From an uncultured delta proteobacterium (GTDB lineage Bacteria; Desulfobacterota; Binatia; UBA9968), in NCBI GenBank assembly GCA_963760795.1, contig CAVXEP010000028.1, forward strand, positions 1 to 64,000: a stretch of DNA of 64,000 nt. Direction: 5' to 3'. Below are positions 28,815 to 38,400 of the stretch, one piece after another; position 1 is the first letter of the stretch; every line of letters starts with the position of its first letter. The position numbers and the translations under genes were made by a program. The notes under the pieces were generated by a model, which saw nothing but the letters and a program-made list of their open reading frames with translations, was not told where the DNA came from and searched no databases.

Positions 28815-29969
28815 TTATTTTTGAATGACGTATTGGTTGCCCTTGGTCGTCATCACGATGGCGGTCTGCACGGCGTCGTAACCGGCCGGCTTGCCGTCCT
28901 TGTCGTTGACCTGGCGAAATTTAAAGAGGCCGGTGGCGCCGGTGATCTGCACCGCCGGCAAGGCGTTGCGCAGCGCGTTGCGATCGGCTTCGAGCTTGCC
29001 GGTGAGTTTCACCTTCTTCAACGCCTGAGCGACGATATACATGGCGTCGTAGGCTTGGGCGGCGAACTGGTCAGGCAACGTGTTTTGCGCTTTCTGATAG
29101 GCGGCGATGAAGCGTTTGTTCTCCGCCGCCGGATTCTCGCTGGACCACGGGCTGCCGACCCAGAGGTTGTCGGAGTTATCTTTGGCCAGATCGAAGACCT
29201 TGGGCGAGTTCATGCCGTTGCCGCCGATAAACGGCAGCGCGATGCCCAACTGGCGCGCTTGCACCATCGCCGGCGCGCCTTCGGCCACCAACGCCGACAT
29301 GACGATGGCGTCAGCATTACTGGCTTTGATCTTGGTTAGCTGCGGCTTGAAATCGACGTCGCCCTTGGCGAAAGTCTCGGTGGTGGTCACCGGAATCTTG
29401 AGAGTTTCCAGAGCTTTTTTGAAATTGTCGTAGCCGCTCTTGGTAAAAATATCATCGTTGCCGTAGAGCACCGCGACTTTTTTCAAGCCGGTTTTCTGCG
29501 CCGCGACTTTCAAAGTCACCGGCAAGATATCTGCCTCGGTGACCGAATTGCGAAACACATAGTTGCCGATGGAGGTGATGCCGTCGGCGGTATTCGAGGT
29601 GCCGAAGACCACCACCTTGGCGCCCTGGGCCACCGGATCGGAGGCCTGCGCCGAGTTGGACAGCGTCGGACCGAACAGCATCAACACCTTGTCCTGAAAG
29701 ATCAGCTTCTTGAAAACGTTGATCGCTTCTTCTTTTTTGCCCTGCTCGTCTTCGACCACCAGCTCGATCTTCTGACCGTTGACACCACCGCTGCCGTTGA
29801 TCTCGCTCACCGCCAACTCGAACCCCTTGCGGATCGGCACGCCATACTGCGCGGCATTGCCGGTCAACGCTTCGGCGACGCCGATCTTAATCTGCGCCAA
29901 TGACGGAGTGGGAAAATAGCCGAGCACGACCAACGCGCCAAACCAGATTCTTGTCAGTTGCATACTCAT
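28815..29969 (-). CDS. livK: branched-chain amino acid ABC substrate-binding protein
   Basis: Signal peptide, IKIGVAEALTG, GPTLS, DFKPQLTKIK, AQAYDA; start 29963-29981. Confidence 0.88.
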   Translation of the reverse strand: MSMQLTRIWFGALVVLGYFPTPSLAQIKIGVAEALTGNAAQYGVPIRKGFELAVSEINGSGGVNGQKIELVVEDEQGKKEEAINVFKKLIFQDKVLMLFGPTLSNSAQASDPVAQGAKVVVFGTSNTADGITSIGNYVFRNSVTEADILPVTLKVAAQKTGLKKVAVLYGNDDIFTKSGYDNFKKALETLKIPVTTTETFAKGDVDFKPQLTKIKASNADAIVMSALVAEGAPAMVQARQLGIALPFIGGNGMNSPKVFDLAKDNSDNLWVGSPWSSENPAAENKRFIAAYQKAQNTLPDQFAAQAYDAMYIVAQALKKVKLTGKLEADRNALRNALPAVQITGATGLFKFRQVNDKDGKPAGYDAVQTAIVMTTKGNQYVIQK

Positions 29970-29987
29970 CCTCAGGGGCAATTCGGA

Positions 29988-30548
29988 CTATTTCTTCGGT
30001 GCTTCGACATGCCAGAGATACAGCGTGTGATCCCAGCTCGAACCGTCTTTGATATGTTCCGTTTTCAATGGCTTCCAATCGCCCATATCGAAATCATGGG
30101 AGACGATGCGCGAGCCGGGCCTCATCTGCTTCCAAATGGCCGGCCGGATCATCAGATTCACTTCCGGCAGCAAATACATGGTCAGCACACTGGCCGCCGA
30201 CAGATCGACGGTGCGAATATCCTGCTGGCGGATCTCCACAAGATTTTCGACGCCGGCCTTTTTGATATTCTCGTGGGACTCTTTGATCCGTTGCGGGTCG
30301 ATCTCAAAGCCGATCGCCTTGACGCCGTACTTTTTCGCCGCGGTCACTACGATGCGCCCGTCCCCTGAACCGAGATCGTAGACGACATCGCCTTTCTTCA
30401 CCTGGGCCAATTCGAGCATACGGTCGACGACTTCTTGAGGCGTCGGCACATAGGGGACAATCTTGCCCTCCTGAGCCGAAACCCGCGCCGCTGTTTGCAC
30501 CCACATCATCGCCAATGCCAGTAACAGAGAGCTTACGATTTTTTTCAC
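29988..30548 (-). CDS. class I SAM-dependent methyltransferase with signal peptide
   Basis: VPYVPTP, YDLGSGDGRI, GFEID, TMYLLP, VSHDF; N-terminal MKK-hydrophobic-VSA/Q. Confidence 0.88.
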   Translation of the reverse strand: MKKIVSSLLLALAMMWVQTAARVSAQEGKIVPYVPTPQEVVDRMLELAQVKKGDVVYDLGSGDGRIVVTAAKKYGVKAIGFEIDPQRIKESHENIKKAGVENLVEIRQQDIRTVDLSAASVLTMYLLPEVNLMIRPAIWKQMRPGSRIVSHDFDMGDWKPLKTEHIKDGSSWDHTLYLWHVEAPKK

Positions 30549-30593
30549 TGTCGCCTCCTTCGGCTAACTCAGTTTCGACTGCGAATTGCAATC

Positions 30594-30657
30594 GGTGTGC
30601 GCAGCGCACCCTACGAAATATTCGAACTCAGAGGGCGGATTTAAAACCTGCCCCTAC
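30594..30657 (-). repeat. two GTAG-family REP hairpins
   Basis: GTAGGGGCAGGTTTTAAATCCGCCCT (30657-30632) and GTAGGGTGCGCTGCGCACACC (30614-30594). Confidence 0.75.
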
Positions 30658-30734
30658 GAATCCCAATTCTTTTTTGCGCCCTTTGCACTCTATGCGGTTA
30701 ACATTCCGAATCCGTATCCAGTGCGGGAAACGGC

Positions 30735-31040
30735 TCAGCCGTTTTTCTGCCAGAACCGACCCAGCCAGCTGCCTTCATCCTTCTCGGCAACCTGCTCGAG
30801 TTCGCCGGCATCCAACCAGATACCGCTGCAGCCGGTGCATTGATCGATCTCAATCTTTTGGAAGCTGCGCGCCTTGAGCGGCTCACCACATTTCGGACAG
30901 CGCATGTAGGCGGCTTTCTTCGTCGCCTCTTTGGCTTCCGCTTCCTGCTTGGCTTTTAGCTTCGCCAGCTGCTCTCGTTCTTTTTTGACGAAGTATTCGT
31001 CTTCTTGGGCCTTCTTACGCTCGTCCCATTTGTTCGCCAT
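30735..31040 (-). CDS. zf-TFIIB zinc-ribbon protein
   Basis: EDEYF coiled coil, MRCPKCG..IDQCTGCSGIWLDAGEL. Confidence 0.88.
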   Translation of the reverse strand: MANKWDERKKAQEDEYFVKKEREQLAKLKAKQEAEAKEATKKAAYMRCPKCGEPLKARSFQKIEIDQCTGCSGIWLDAGELEQVAEKDEGSWLGRFWQKNG

Positions 31041-31067
31041 CACATCCTCCCAGGAAATTATTTGGAA

Positions 31068-31766
31068 TTACGCCAGCAGTTTCTTCAGCCACTTCGCCGT
31101 GCTGGCCACCGACTTATCGGCGGCATCGCGGTTGGCCACGCTCTTACTCGACGGATTGTTGAGAAAGGCGTGGCTGGCGCCGGGATACATTTCAATTCGA
31201 TATTTTTTCTTATGCCGGTCCAGACTGTCGCGGAACATGTCGATCTCGGTCTGGGTCGTGCCGGCATCGTCGGTGCCGTAATGGCAAAGCATCGGCGCCG
31301 TAATACTCTTCAGATCCTCTGGATCGGGAAACATGCTTTGATAGTAAATCACCCCAGCGTCAAACGCCTTCGACTGCGCCAACGCATAGAGCGCCAAGCC
31401 GCCGCCCATGCAGAAGCCTAATACGGCAACCTTTTTCTTGCCGACCCAGGGTAACTTGCGCAGATAGGGCACGCTGTCGACGATATGATTGACGGCGCGG
31501 GGAATATCGAACGAGGTTTTCTTGAGCGCGCAGTCCTCGAGCGTGTGATAAGTTTTGCCGTGAAAAAGATCCGGCGACAGGCAGACAAAGCCCCCTTGCG
31601 CGAAACGCCGCGTCACCGCCCGCTGGCCGTCGTCCAGACCGCGGTAGCCGTGCACCAAAACGATCGCCGGGCGCTCGCCCGAGCCGGTGGGCCGGGACAA
31701 GAAACCGTCGACGACTTCCTTGCCGCTGCGGTGCGCGGCATGCATGGACACGATCCGTTCAGCCAT
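31068..31766 (-). CDS. dienelactone hydrolase family protein
   Basis: GFCMGG nucleophile elbow, YPGASHAF. Confidence 0.9.
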   Translation of the reverse strand: MAERIVSMHAAHRSGKEVVDGFLSRPTGSGERPAIVLVHGYRGLDDGQRAVTRRFAQGGFVCLSPDLFHGKTYHTLEDCALKKTSFDIPRAVNHIVDSVPYLRKLPWVGKKKVAVLGFCMGGGLALYALAQSKAFDAGVIYYQSMFPDPEDLKSITAPMLCHYGTDDAGTTQTEIDMFRDSLDRHKKKYRIEMYPGASHAFLNNPSSKSVANRDAADKSVASTAKWLKKLLA

Positions 31767-31798
31767 TCCTCGACTCGCTCCAGTTGTCGACAAGGGTT

Positions 31799-32413
31799 TC
31801 AGCCGGCGAAGCTATTCATGTAAGGCAGTTTCTTGGCGGTCTGTTTGACTTGCTCGAGGTTGGCGCGCAACAGCGCCGTAGAGTCCCACGATCCCATGGT
31901 CAACGCCGTGCGGTAGGTATCGGGCAGATCGATGGCGATCTTCACTTTACCGTAGGTCAGAGTTTTGTTGTCAATGTCGACGGTATATTCGGTCTTGGGA
32001 TTATCCTCGACGCTTTTCATCAACTGCTGGATGTCTTTCTCGCTCGCCGTCACCGTCGGCACGCCCATCATGGTGCAGTTGCCGGCGAAGATCGCCGCGA
32101 AGGATTCACCGACGATCACTTTGATACCGAAGCGGTTGAGCGCTTGCGGCGCGTGCTCGCGCGACGAACCGCAGCCAAAATTCTTATTGACGAACAAGAT
32201 CGACGCGCCGCTATATTCGGGGTCGTTGAAGGGATGATCTTTTTTCTTGCCGTCGCTGCTGTAGCGCTCATCGAAGAACGGATAGTCGCCCATGCGCGCG
32301 AAGGTAACTTCTTTTAAATAACGCGCCGGAATGATCCGGTCGGTGTCGATTTCGTTGCCGCGCATCGGCAGCGCTGTGCCGGTGATTTTGACGATCTTGA
32401 TAATCTCGCTCAT
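31799..32413 (-). CDS. leuD: 3-isopropylmalate dehydratase small subunit
   Basis: IDTDRIIPARYL, NFGCGSSREHAP, SFAAIF. Confidence 0.95.
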   Translation of the reverse strand: MSEIIKIVKITGTALPMRGNEIDTDRIIPARYLKEVTFARMGDYPFFDERYSSDGKKKDHPFNDPEYSGASILFVNKNFGCGSSREHAPQALNRFGIKVIVGESFAAIFAGNCTMMGVPTVTASEKDIQQLMKSVEDNPKTEYTVDIDNKTLTYGKVKIAIDLPDTYRTALTMGSWDSTALLRANLEQVKQTAKKLPYMNSFAG

Positions 32414-32423
32414 ATGGCCTCGC

Positions 32424-33821
32424 TTACTCGTACTGGCGCACGTCGACCACTTTGCCGTTGAGCGCCGCCGCCACCACCATCGCCGGACTCATCAATAGGG
32501 TGCGGCCTTGCGGGCTGCCCTGGCGGCCGATGAAATTGCGGTTGGACGACGACGCGGAAACTTCCCGGCCGTTGAGCTTGTCGGGATTCATCGCCAGGCA
32601 CATCGAACAGCCGGCTTCGCGCCATTGAAATCCTGCTTCTTCGAATATTTTATCCAGCCCCTCGGCCTCGGCGAGTTTTTTGACCTCCGCGGAGCCAGGT
32701 ACGACCAGAGCGCGCACGTTAGGATTTACCTTACGCCCCTTGGCAATTTTTGCCGCCGCCCGAAAATCCGCAAGCCGGCCGTTGGTGCAGGAACCGATAA
32801 ACGCAACGTTGACCGGCGTGCCGATAATCGGCGCACCCGGCGTCCAGCCCATATGCTCGTAGGCTTTCTTCGCGCTCTCGGGATCGCTCGACTTGTCCGG
32901 CAACGGCAGTTTTTCGGAAACCCCAACCGACTGGCCCGGATTGATGCCCCAGGTCACCGTCGGCTCAATGTCTTTGCCTTGGTAATTCACGACGTCGTCG
33001 TACTTGGCGACGGCGTCGGACGCCACGGATTGCCAGTACTTCACCGCCTTGTCGAAAGCCTCGCCCTTGGGCGCGTGAGGGCGGCCTTTGAGGTAGTCGA
33101 AAGTGGTTTGATCCGGGTTGACGTAGCCGACCAAGGCGCCGCCTTCGATGCTCATGTTGCACACGGTCATGCGCTCTTCCATGTTCATCCGGTCGATAAC
33201 CGCGCCGCCGTATTCGTAGGCGAAGCCCTTGCCGCCGCTGACGCCCAATTGCCGGATGATATGTAAGATCACGTCTTTGGCATAAACGCCGGTGCCGATA
33301 GTGCCGTTGATGTTGATGCGGCGCACTTTCAATTTGTCCATCGCCAGCGTCTGAGTCGCCAAGACATCGCGCACCTGGCTGGTGCCGATGCCGAAAGCTA
33401 ATGTACCGAACGCCCCATGAGTGCTGGTATGGCTGTCGCCGCATGCCAGCGTCATGCCCGGCTGGGTGAGTCCCAGCTGCGGGCCGATAACATGGACGAT
33501 GCCTTGGTTCATGCTGTCCAGGCCGAAGAATTCCACGCCGAACTGCGCGACGTTCCTTTCCAGCGCTTGGGTGAGATCCTCCGCTTCTTTGTCAAGAAAC
33601 GGCCGCTGGCGCATGTCGGTGGGAACGATGTGATCAACGGTCGCGAAGGTGCGATCGCGAAACGCCACATCCATGCCCTTTTCCCTCAGCATATCGAACG
33701 CCGGCGCGGTGGTGATCTCATGAATTAAATGTAACCCGATAAAGAGCTGGGTTTGACCGGTCGGCAGGATACCCACCGAATGCGACTGCCAAATCTTATC
33801 GTAAAGAGTCCGTTCGGCCAT
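32424..33821 (-). CDS. leuC: 3-isopropylmalate dehydratase large subunit
   Basis: [39 protein letters not shown]; ATG 33821. Confidence 0.95.
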   Translation of the reverse strand: MAERTLYDKIWQSHSVGILPTGQTQLFIGLHLIHEITTAPAFDMLREKGMDVAFRDRTFATVDHIVPTDMRQRPFLDKEAEDLTQALERNVAQFGVEFFGLDSMNQGIVHVIGPQLGLTQPGMTLACGDSHTSTHGAFGTLAFGIGTSQVRDVLATQTLAMDKLKVRRININGTIGTGVYAKDVILHIIRQLGVSGGKGFAYEYGGAVIDRMNMEERMTVCNMSIEGGALVGYVNPDQTTFDYLKGRPHAPKGEAFDKAVKYWQSVASDAVAKYDDVVNYQGKDIEPTVTWGINPGQSVGVSEKLPLPDKSSDPESAKKAYEHMGWTPGAPIIGTPVNVAFIGSCTNGRLADFRAAAKIAKGRKVNPNVRALVVPGSAEVKKLAEAEGLDKIFEEAGFQWREAGCSMCLAMNPDKLNGREVSASSSNRNFIGRQGSPQGRTLLMSPAMVVAAALNGKVVDVRQYE

Positions 33822-34028
33822 TGAGAGATTCTCCTTCGGCGGGATAATATCGGTCGGTATCTGGGACTTCAAGAGCCGTGTAGGGATGCGAGATTGAACT
33901 GCGATATTACGGTGAATTGATCATAAAAATATTCCCCGTGTTCGCAACTCGTGATCGTGCTCATCTCAAGTTAGGAACCTCCAGAAGACACGCGTGGCAA
34001 ACTAAACATTCTCAGCCAACTTCCATTT

Positions 34029-35411
34029 TTACGCACTCCTCCCATAAATCCACTTCCCCGGATTACGAGCGTAATCTTCGTACGATCCCGATGACGTAAT
34101 TCCGGGAATCTGCGGAATCCAATCTTCTCTCAACAGATCGTCGGGATCGCCGTATTTCTCAGCAAGCTTGCGCACCTCGGGATCATCAAGTGCGGTGAGT
34201 CTGCCGTTACGGATAATGGTGTATTCCTTGCCGCTCTTGGTGGTAATCGTGAAAGTTGGAAAGAGTAAGTGAATATGCAGATGGCCGTAGAGAATGCCGT
34301 TTTCGCCGGCCCACTTCTCCTCGGCTGAGCGCCACAGAGTGCCGAAACCCATATGGATCACACCGGAGCGGCGGCGCTCCCACTCGAATCCGCCGGAGGA
34401 ATGCTTTTCGATGCCGCTGGGCCGCATGATCTTCGGGTTGGTGCCGATGGCAACTTCCCAGAGGTAGAACAGGCCGGGCCGCGGAAAGCAGGGATACTTG
34501 GTGTCTCTACTTTCGTCGAGTAATGAGCGCCAAGCGTCGCCGTAGGCCGCGCCGCCGTGAACTTTCACCACCTGACCACCTTCCAGCTCAACTTTGACCT
34601 GAGGAAAGGCTTTCGAAAAATGGCTCGTCGTGCCGGCGACCACGCCGGCGGCGTCTTCCTTGGCGATGATCGGCGGCACCGGATGGCCGAACAGATGGCC
34701 GTTGCGCGGCGTCGAGGAGAAACCGTAGCGCGTGCCGTCGTAGTATTCGTCCCAGTAGGTCCAAGCGATATCCGTTCCTTCGGCGTCGGTCAGCCGCGCG
34801 CGACCGCCGCGGCCGTACTCCCAGATCGGGTCCCAGGTTTTCTTGTTGATGAGCAGATGCAAATCGAGCGGGTACGTCGTCGAACGCTGCAAGAAATGCT
34901 CGGCGCGGAGCCAGGGAATCTGCTCGTAGCGAAAGTCGCTTTGCGGAATCGGCCCGCCTTTGCCGTGAATCAACAGATCATAACCCCCGCGCAGGGCGAA
35001 GTTCTCGATGTAGGGCATGCCTTCCCAACGGCGCGGCTTGTTGTCCCACGGTTCGCGGCGCATGATTACGTCGACTTCATCTGTGTAGTCGAACACACGG
35101 TCGGGTTCGCCCATGTCGGCGACCAGCAAATCGACATGGGCACCCTTCTCGCGTAGCGCCGCCGCCACGGCGTGGGGCACGTCGAGATCGTACTCGCGGT
35201 CGATGGCGATAAGAATTTTGTTGTCGGCTTTGGTCTTGTCGTAACCGATGAAGCCGATATGGCTGTCGCGGTTTTCGCGCGAATTGGCAAGCTGCCGTGC
35301 TAACGGCATCAACGGCGAAATATCCGCCGTGCGCAGTCCCTTATTGCGCAGCTGCAATTCCCGCGGGATTGAACTACTTAACCCAACGCCGTCGTCGGCT
35401 GTGTCGCACAT
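34029..35411 (-). CDS. M29 aminopeptidase/NicX-like metalloprotein of unknown function
   Basis: WEVAIGTNPK, E..RSGVIHMGFG and HLHIH resemble thermophilic metallopeptidase (M29)-fold ligand motifs. Confidence 0.55.
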   Translation of the reverse strand: MCDTADDGVGLSSSIPRELQLRNKGLRTADISPLMPLARQLANSRENRDSHIGFIGYDKTKADNKILIAIDREYDLDVPHAVAAALREKGAHVDLLVADMGEPDRVFDYTDEVDVIMRREPWDNKPRRWEGMPYIENFALRGGYDLLIHGKGGPIPQSDFRYEQIPWLRAEHFLQRSTTYPLDLHLLINKKTWDPIWEYGRGGRARLTDAEGTDIAWTYWDEYYDGTRYGFSSTPRNGHLFGHPVPPIIAKEDAAGVVAGTTSHFSKAFPQVKVELEGGQVVKVHGGAAYGDAWRSLLDESRDTKYPCFPRPGLFYLWEVAIGTNPKIMRPSGIEKHSSGGFEWERRRSGVIHMGFGTLWRSAEEKWAGENGILYGHLHIHLLFPTFTITTKSGKEYTIIRNGRLTALDDPEVRKLAEKYGDPDDLLREDWIPQIPGITSSGSYEDYARNPGKWIYGRSA

Positions 35412-35434
35412 AGAAGCTCCTCAGTCTTGGCAGG

Positions 35435-35515
35435 TTGGATGTTGGAGTAAGGGAGTGATGGAGCGACGGTTTTCGGAGGGTCCCGGACCCAACACTCCAC
35501 TACTCCATCGCTCCA
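35435..35515. repeat. palindromic octamer-repeat element, copy 2
   Basis: TGGAGTAA GGGAGTGA TGGAGCGA ... ACACTCCA CTACTCCA TCGCTCCA. Confidence 0.75.
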
Positions 35516-35522
35516 TTTCTTC

Positions 35523-36434
35523 TTACATGCAATTTTTCTTCACCCACTCGACAATCTCACACCGTTTGGCGAACCACAGATCGGGATATGACTTGGCGTA
35601 TTTGATGCAGTCGTCATAGACTTTTCCCGTGGCAGGAAACGCCATCTGGCAGTGCATCGCCAAGGTCAACATCTTCGGATCCGTCGCGGACTCCTCATAA
35701 AGCAGATCGAACTCGTCTTTGAACGAATTGAAAACATCTCTCGCCGTGATGCCGCGCCGGTACATGCCGGTATCGTTCAAGCCACTGACAGCGTTTTTAT
35801 ACGGCACGATGATCATGGTTTTACCGTTGACGACAGCGGGATAGGGATTGTCGTCGTTGACCGCGTCACCATGCCAGGCGAAACCCTCTTCGGCGAGGAT
35901 GCCCAGCGTACGCTCGGTGTGACGCATGCCGGAGGTCAGCCAACCGGTGGGTCGCACGCCGGTAAAGTCCTCAAACATCTTGGCGCAGGTGCGGATCTCG
36001 TCGCGCTCTCCTTCCGCCGTCAGTTGTGTGAGTTGAATGTCTTCGGCGTAGGAATGGCCGACGATCTCATGGCCGCGCTCATGCACGGCTTTTACCGCTT
36101 CGGGATAGCGATGAATGCAAAGTGCATTGGTGTTGAACGACGCTTTGACGCCGTACTTGTCGAGGATGCGGAGAATCCGCCACACGCCGGTCCGGCCACC
36201 GTAGTCGTTTTCACTCGCCGTTCGGCAGTCGTACTGGGAGACCACGTCGTCTTCCTTGATCGGATTGGAGCCGCCGACATGGTGCGTGCGCCGGTGCTTG
36301 GCATTGGGGATCTCGGTCCACGCTTCCAAATTTCCCGCCAGCGCGATCGCCAGGCGCGCGCCATTGGGCCATTTGATCTTGAGCTTTTTTGCCTTGGAAT
36401 AAGCATCGTAAAAATTGTCATGCTCGGGCATCAT
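35523..36434 (-). CDS. polysaccharide deacetylase family (PuuE-like) protein
   Basis: KWPNGARLA, DYGGRTGVWRI, GHEIVGHSY, RPTGWL, DDNPY, LAMH. Confidence 0.85.
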   Translation of the reverse strand: MMPEHDNFYDAYSKAKKLKIKWPNGARLAIALAGNLEAWTEIPNAKHRRTHHVGGSNPIKEDDVVSQYDCRTASENDYGGRTGVWRILRILDKYGVKASFNTNALCIHRYPEAVKAVHERGHEIVGHSYAEDIQLTQLTAEGERDEIRTCAKMFEDFTGVRPTGWLTSGMRHTERTLGILAEEGFAWHGDAVNDDNPYPAVVNGKTMIIVPYKNAVSGLNDTGMYRRGITARDVFNSFKDEFDLLYEESATDPKMLTLAMHCQMAFPATGKVYDDCIKYAKSYPDLWFAKRCEIVEWVKKNCM

Positions 36435-36478
36435 GGTCTGGCCACCTCCTCTAAGAGCGAACAAAATTGCACCGTTTG

Positions 36479-36507
36479 GGTATAAGTAAATCGACCTGGT
36501 GTGTCAA
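36479..36507 (-). promoter_or_regulatory. sigma70-like promoter
   Basis: TTGACA-N17-TATACC upstream of the deacetylase gene. Confidence 0.55.
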
Positions 36508-36546
36508 TGCAAACCCACGCGCGCAGAGGACTGAATGAGGCACCGA

Positions 36547-37287
36547 TTAAGTCGGATCGTATTTGACCTGCACCAAATATAACCCCACCGGCGGCGCGGT
36601 GTAACCAGCCTGGGTACGGTCGCGTGCATCGAGCAGTTCGGCGAACGATTCGGCGGTGCGGATGCCACGGCCCACCTCGGCCAGCGTGCCAACGATGTTG
36701 CGCACCATATGGCGCAAGAATGCCGTGCCTTCGATGCGATACACCAGCAACTCGCCGCGCTGTACGAGATCCGTTTGATAAATGGTTCGCACCGGATGTG
36801 GCGCGTCGCAATTAGCGGCGCGAAACGACGAGAAATCATGCTCGCCGACCAAGCATTCGATAGCTTTGGTCATCGCTTCGACATCCAGCGGCTCATGGAT
36901 ATGCCAGGCGCGATTGTGGTGGAACGGCGATGGTGTTGAGCGGTTGAGAATCAGATATTCGTAAAGCCGGCTTCTGCCATCGCGCCGGGCGTCGAAGCAA
37001 TCATCGACGATTTCGACATCCTTCACAGTGACATCTCTCGGCGTTAGCGCATTGAGACCGCGCAGAATCCGGTATGGCAGGCATTCTTTATCGGTGAAAA
37101 AATTGGCCACCTGGCCAAGAGCGTGGACGCCGGCATCGGTGCGGCCTGAGCCGTTGATATGGGTGGGCACACCGAGAAAGGTCGAAACCGCTTTCTCTAA
37201 AACCGCTTGAATGGACGAGTAATTCCCCTGCACCTGCCAACCATGATAGTTGGTGCCATCATATTCGACGGTAAGTTTGACGTTCAC
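36547..37287 (-). CDS. truA: tRNA pseudouridine(38-40) synthase
   Basis: EYDGTNYHGWQ, GRTDAGVHA, HDFSSF, FLRHMVR; GTG start near 37287. Confidence 0.95.
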   Translation of the reverse strand: MNVKLTVEYDGTNYHGWQVQGNYSSIQAVLEKAVSTFLGVPTHINGSGRTDAGVHALGQVANFFTDKECLPYRILRGLNALTPRDVTVKDVEIVDDCFDARRDGRSRLYEYLILNRSTPSPFHHNRAWHIHEPLDVEAMTKAIECLVGEHDFSSFRAANCDAPHPVRTIYQTDLVQRGELLVYRIEGTAFLRHMVRNIVGTLAEVGRGIRTAESFAELLDARDRTQAGYTAPPVGLYLVQVKYDPT

Positions 37288-37371
37288 GGCAGAGTGGTTC
37301 CGGGTTTCGCGTTTCGAGTTGCGGGCTCGATAATACAATCACCCCGCGACTCGTCCAGCGCCGATGAAGGT

Positions 37372-38394
37372 TTATAAATAATCGCGGATCAGGATCTCGG
37401 CGATCTGCACGGCGTTGAGCGCCGCGCCCTTGCGCAGATTATCCGACACCACCCAAAGATTGAGGCCGTTGGCGACCGACTTGTCTTCGCGAATCCGGCC
37501 GACATAGGTAGCGTCTTTACCGGCGGCGTCGATGGCCATTGGATAAAGATTGTTCTCCGGCTCATCAGCGACGATGATGCCGGGCGCTTCGCGCAGAATC
37601 CGCCGGGCCTCGTTGGCCGACAGCTTGACGTAGGTTTCGACATTCACCGATTCCGAGTGACTGCAAAACACCGGCACCCGCACCGTGGTCGCGGTGACCG
37701 GCAAGTTCGGCTCGCCGAGGATCTTGCGCGTCTCCTCGATCATCTTCCACTCTTCCTTGGTGTAGCCGTCAGTCATGAAGACATCGATATGCGGAATGCA
37801 ATTGAAGGCGATCTGATGCGGAAACTTGACCTTTTCGATTTCCTTGCCGTTGAACAGCGCCGCTACCTGCTGGCTCAATTCCTCCATCGCTTTGCGACCG
37901 GCGCCGGAAACCGACTGATAGGTGGAAACCACAACGCGTTTGATCCGCGCGGTGTCATGAATCGGTTTGAGGGCGACGACCATTTGAATCGTCGAACAAT
38001 TGGGATTGGCGACGATACCGCGGGTTTTGTAATTGGCGATCGCTTTGGAATTGACCTCTGGAACCACCAAAGGAATATCCGGCTCCAGGCGAAACACCGA
38101 AGTGTTGTCGATCACCACCGCGCCCGCCGCCACCGCCAGTGGCGCGAACTCCGTGCTGACGCTACCGCCGGCAGAGAACAGGCCGATGTCGATGTCTTTA
38201 AACGAATCGGCCTTCAGCACCTGGACCGGCAACTGCCGGCTTTGAAACGGCAGGAACTGGCCAACCGATCGCTCCGAGGCTAACAACCGCAACTCGCCCA
38301 CCGGGAATTGGCGTTCATCGAGCACTTCGCGCATCTGCTCGCCGACGGCGCCGGTGGCGCCAACGATCGCGACGTTGTACTTTTCCTTCTTCAC
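37372..38394 (-). CDS. asd: aspartate-semialdehyde dehydrogenase
   Basis: GATGAVG, ANPNCSTIQ, TYQSVSGAG, DNLRKGAALN. Confidence 0.96.
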   Translation of the reverse strand: MKKEKYNVAIVGATGAVGEQMREVLDERQFPVGELRLLASERSVGQFLPFQSRQLPVQVLKADSFKDIDIGLFSAGGSVSTEFAPLAVAAGAVVIDNTSVFRLEPDIPLVVPEVNSKAIANYKTRGIVANPNCSTIQMVVALKPIHDTARIKRVVVSTYQSVSGAGRKAMEELSQQVAALFNGKEIEKVKFPHQIAFNCIPHIDVFMTDGYTKEEWKMIEETRKILGEPNLPVTATTVRVPVFCSHSESVNVETYVKLSANEARRILREAPGIIVADEPENNLYPMAIDAAGKDATYVGRIREDKSVANGLNLWVVSDNLRKGAALNAVQIAEILIRDYL

Positions 38395-38400
38395 AAAAAC

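Noticed and set aside
23503-35515. Octamer repeats as a CRISPR array
   Set aside because: Units are 8 nt, degenerate and have no unique spacers; no cas genes
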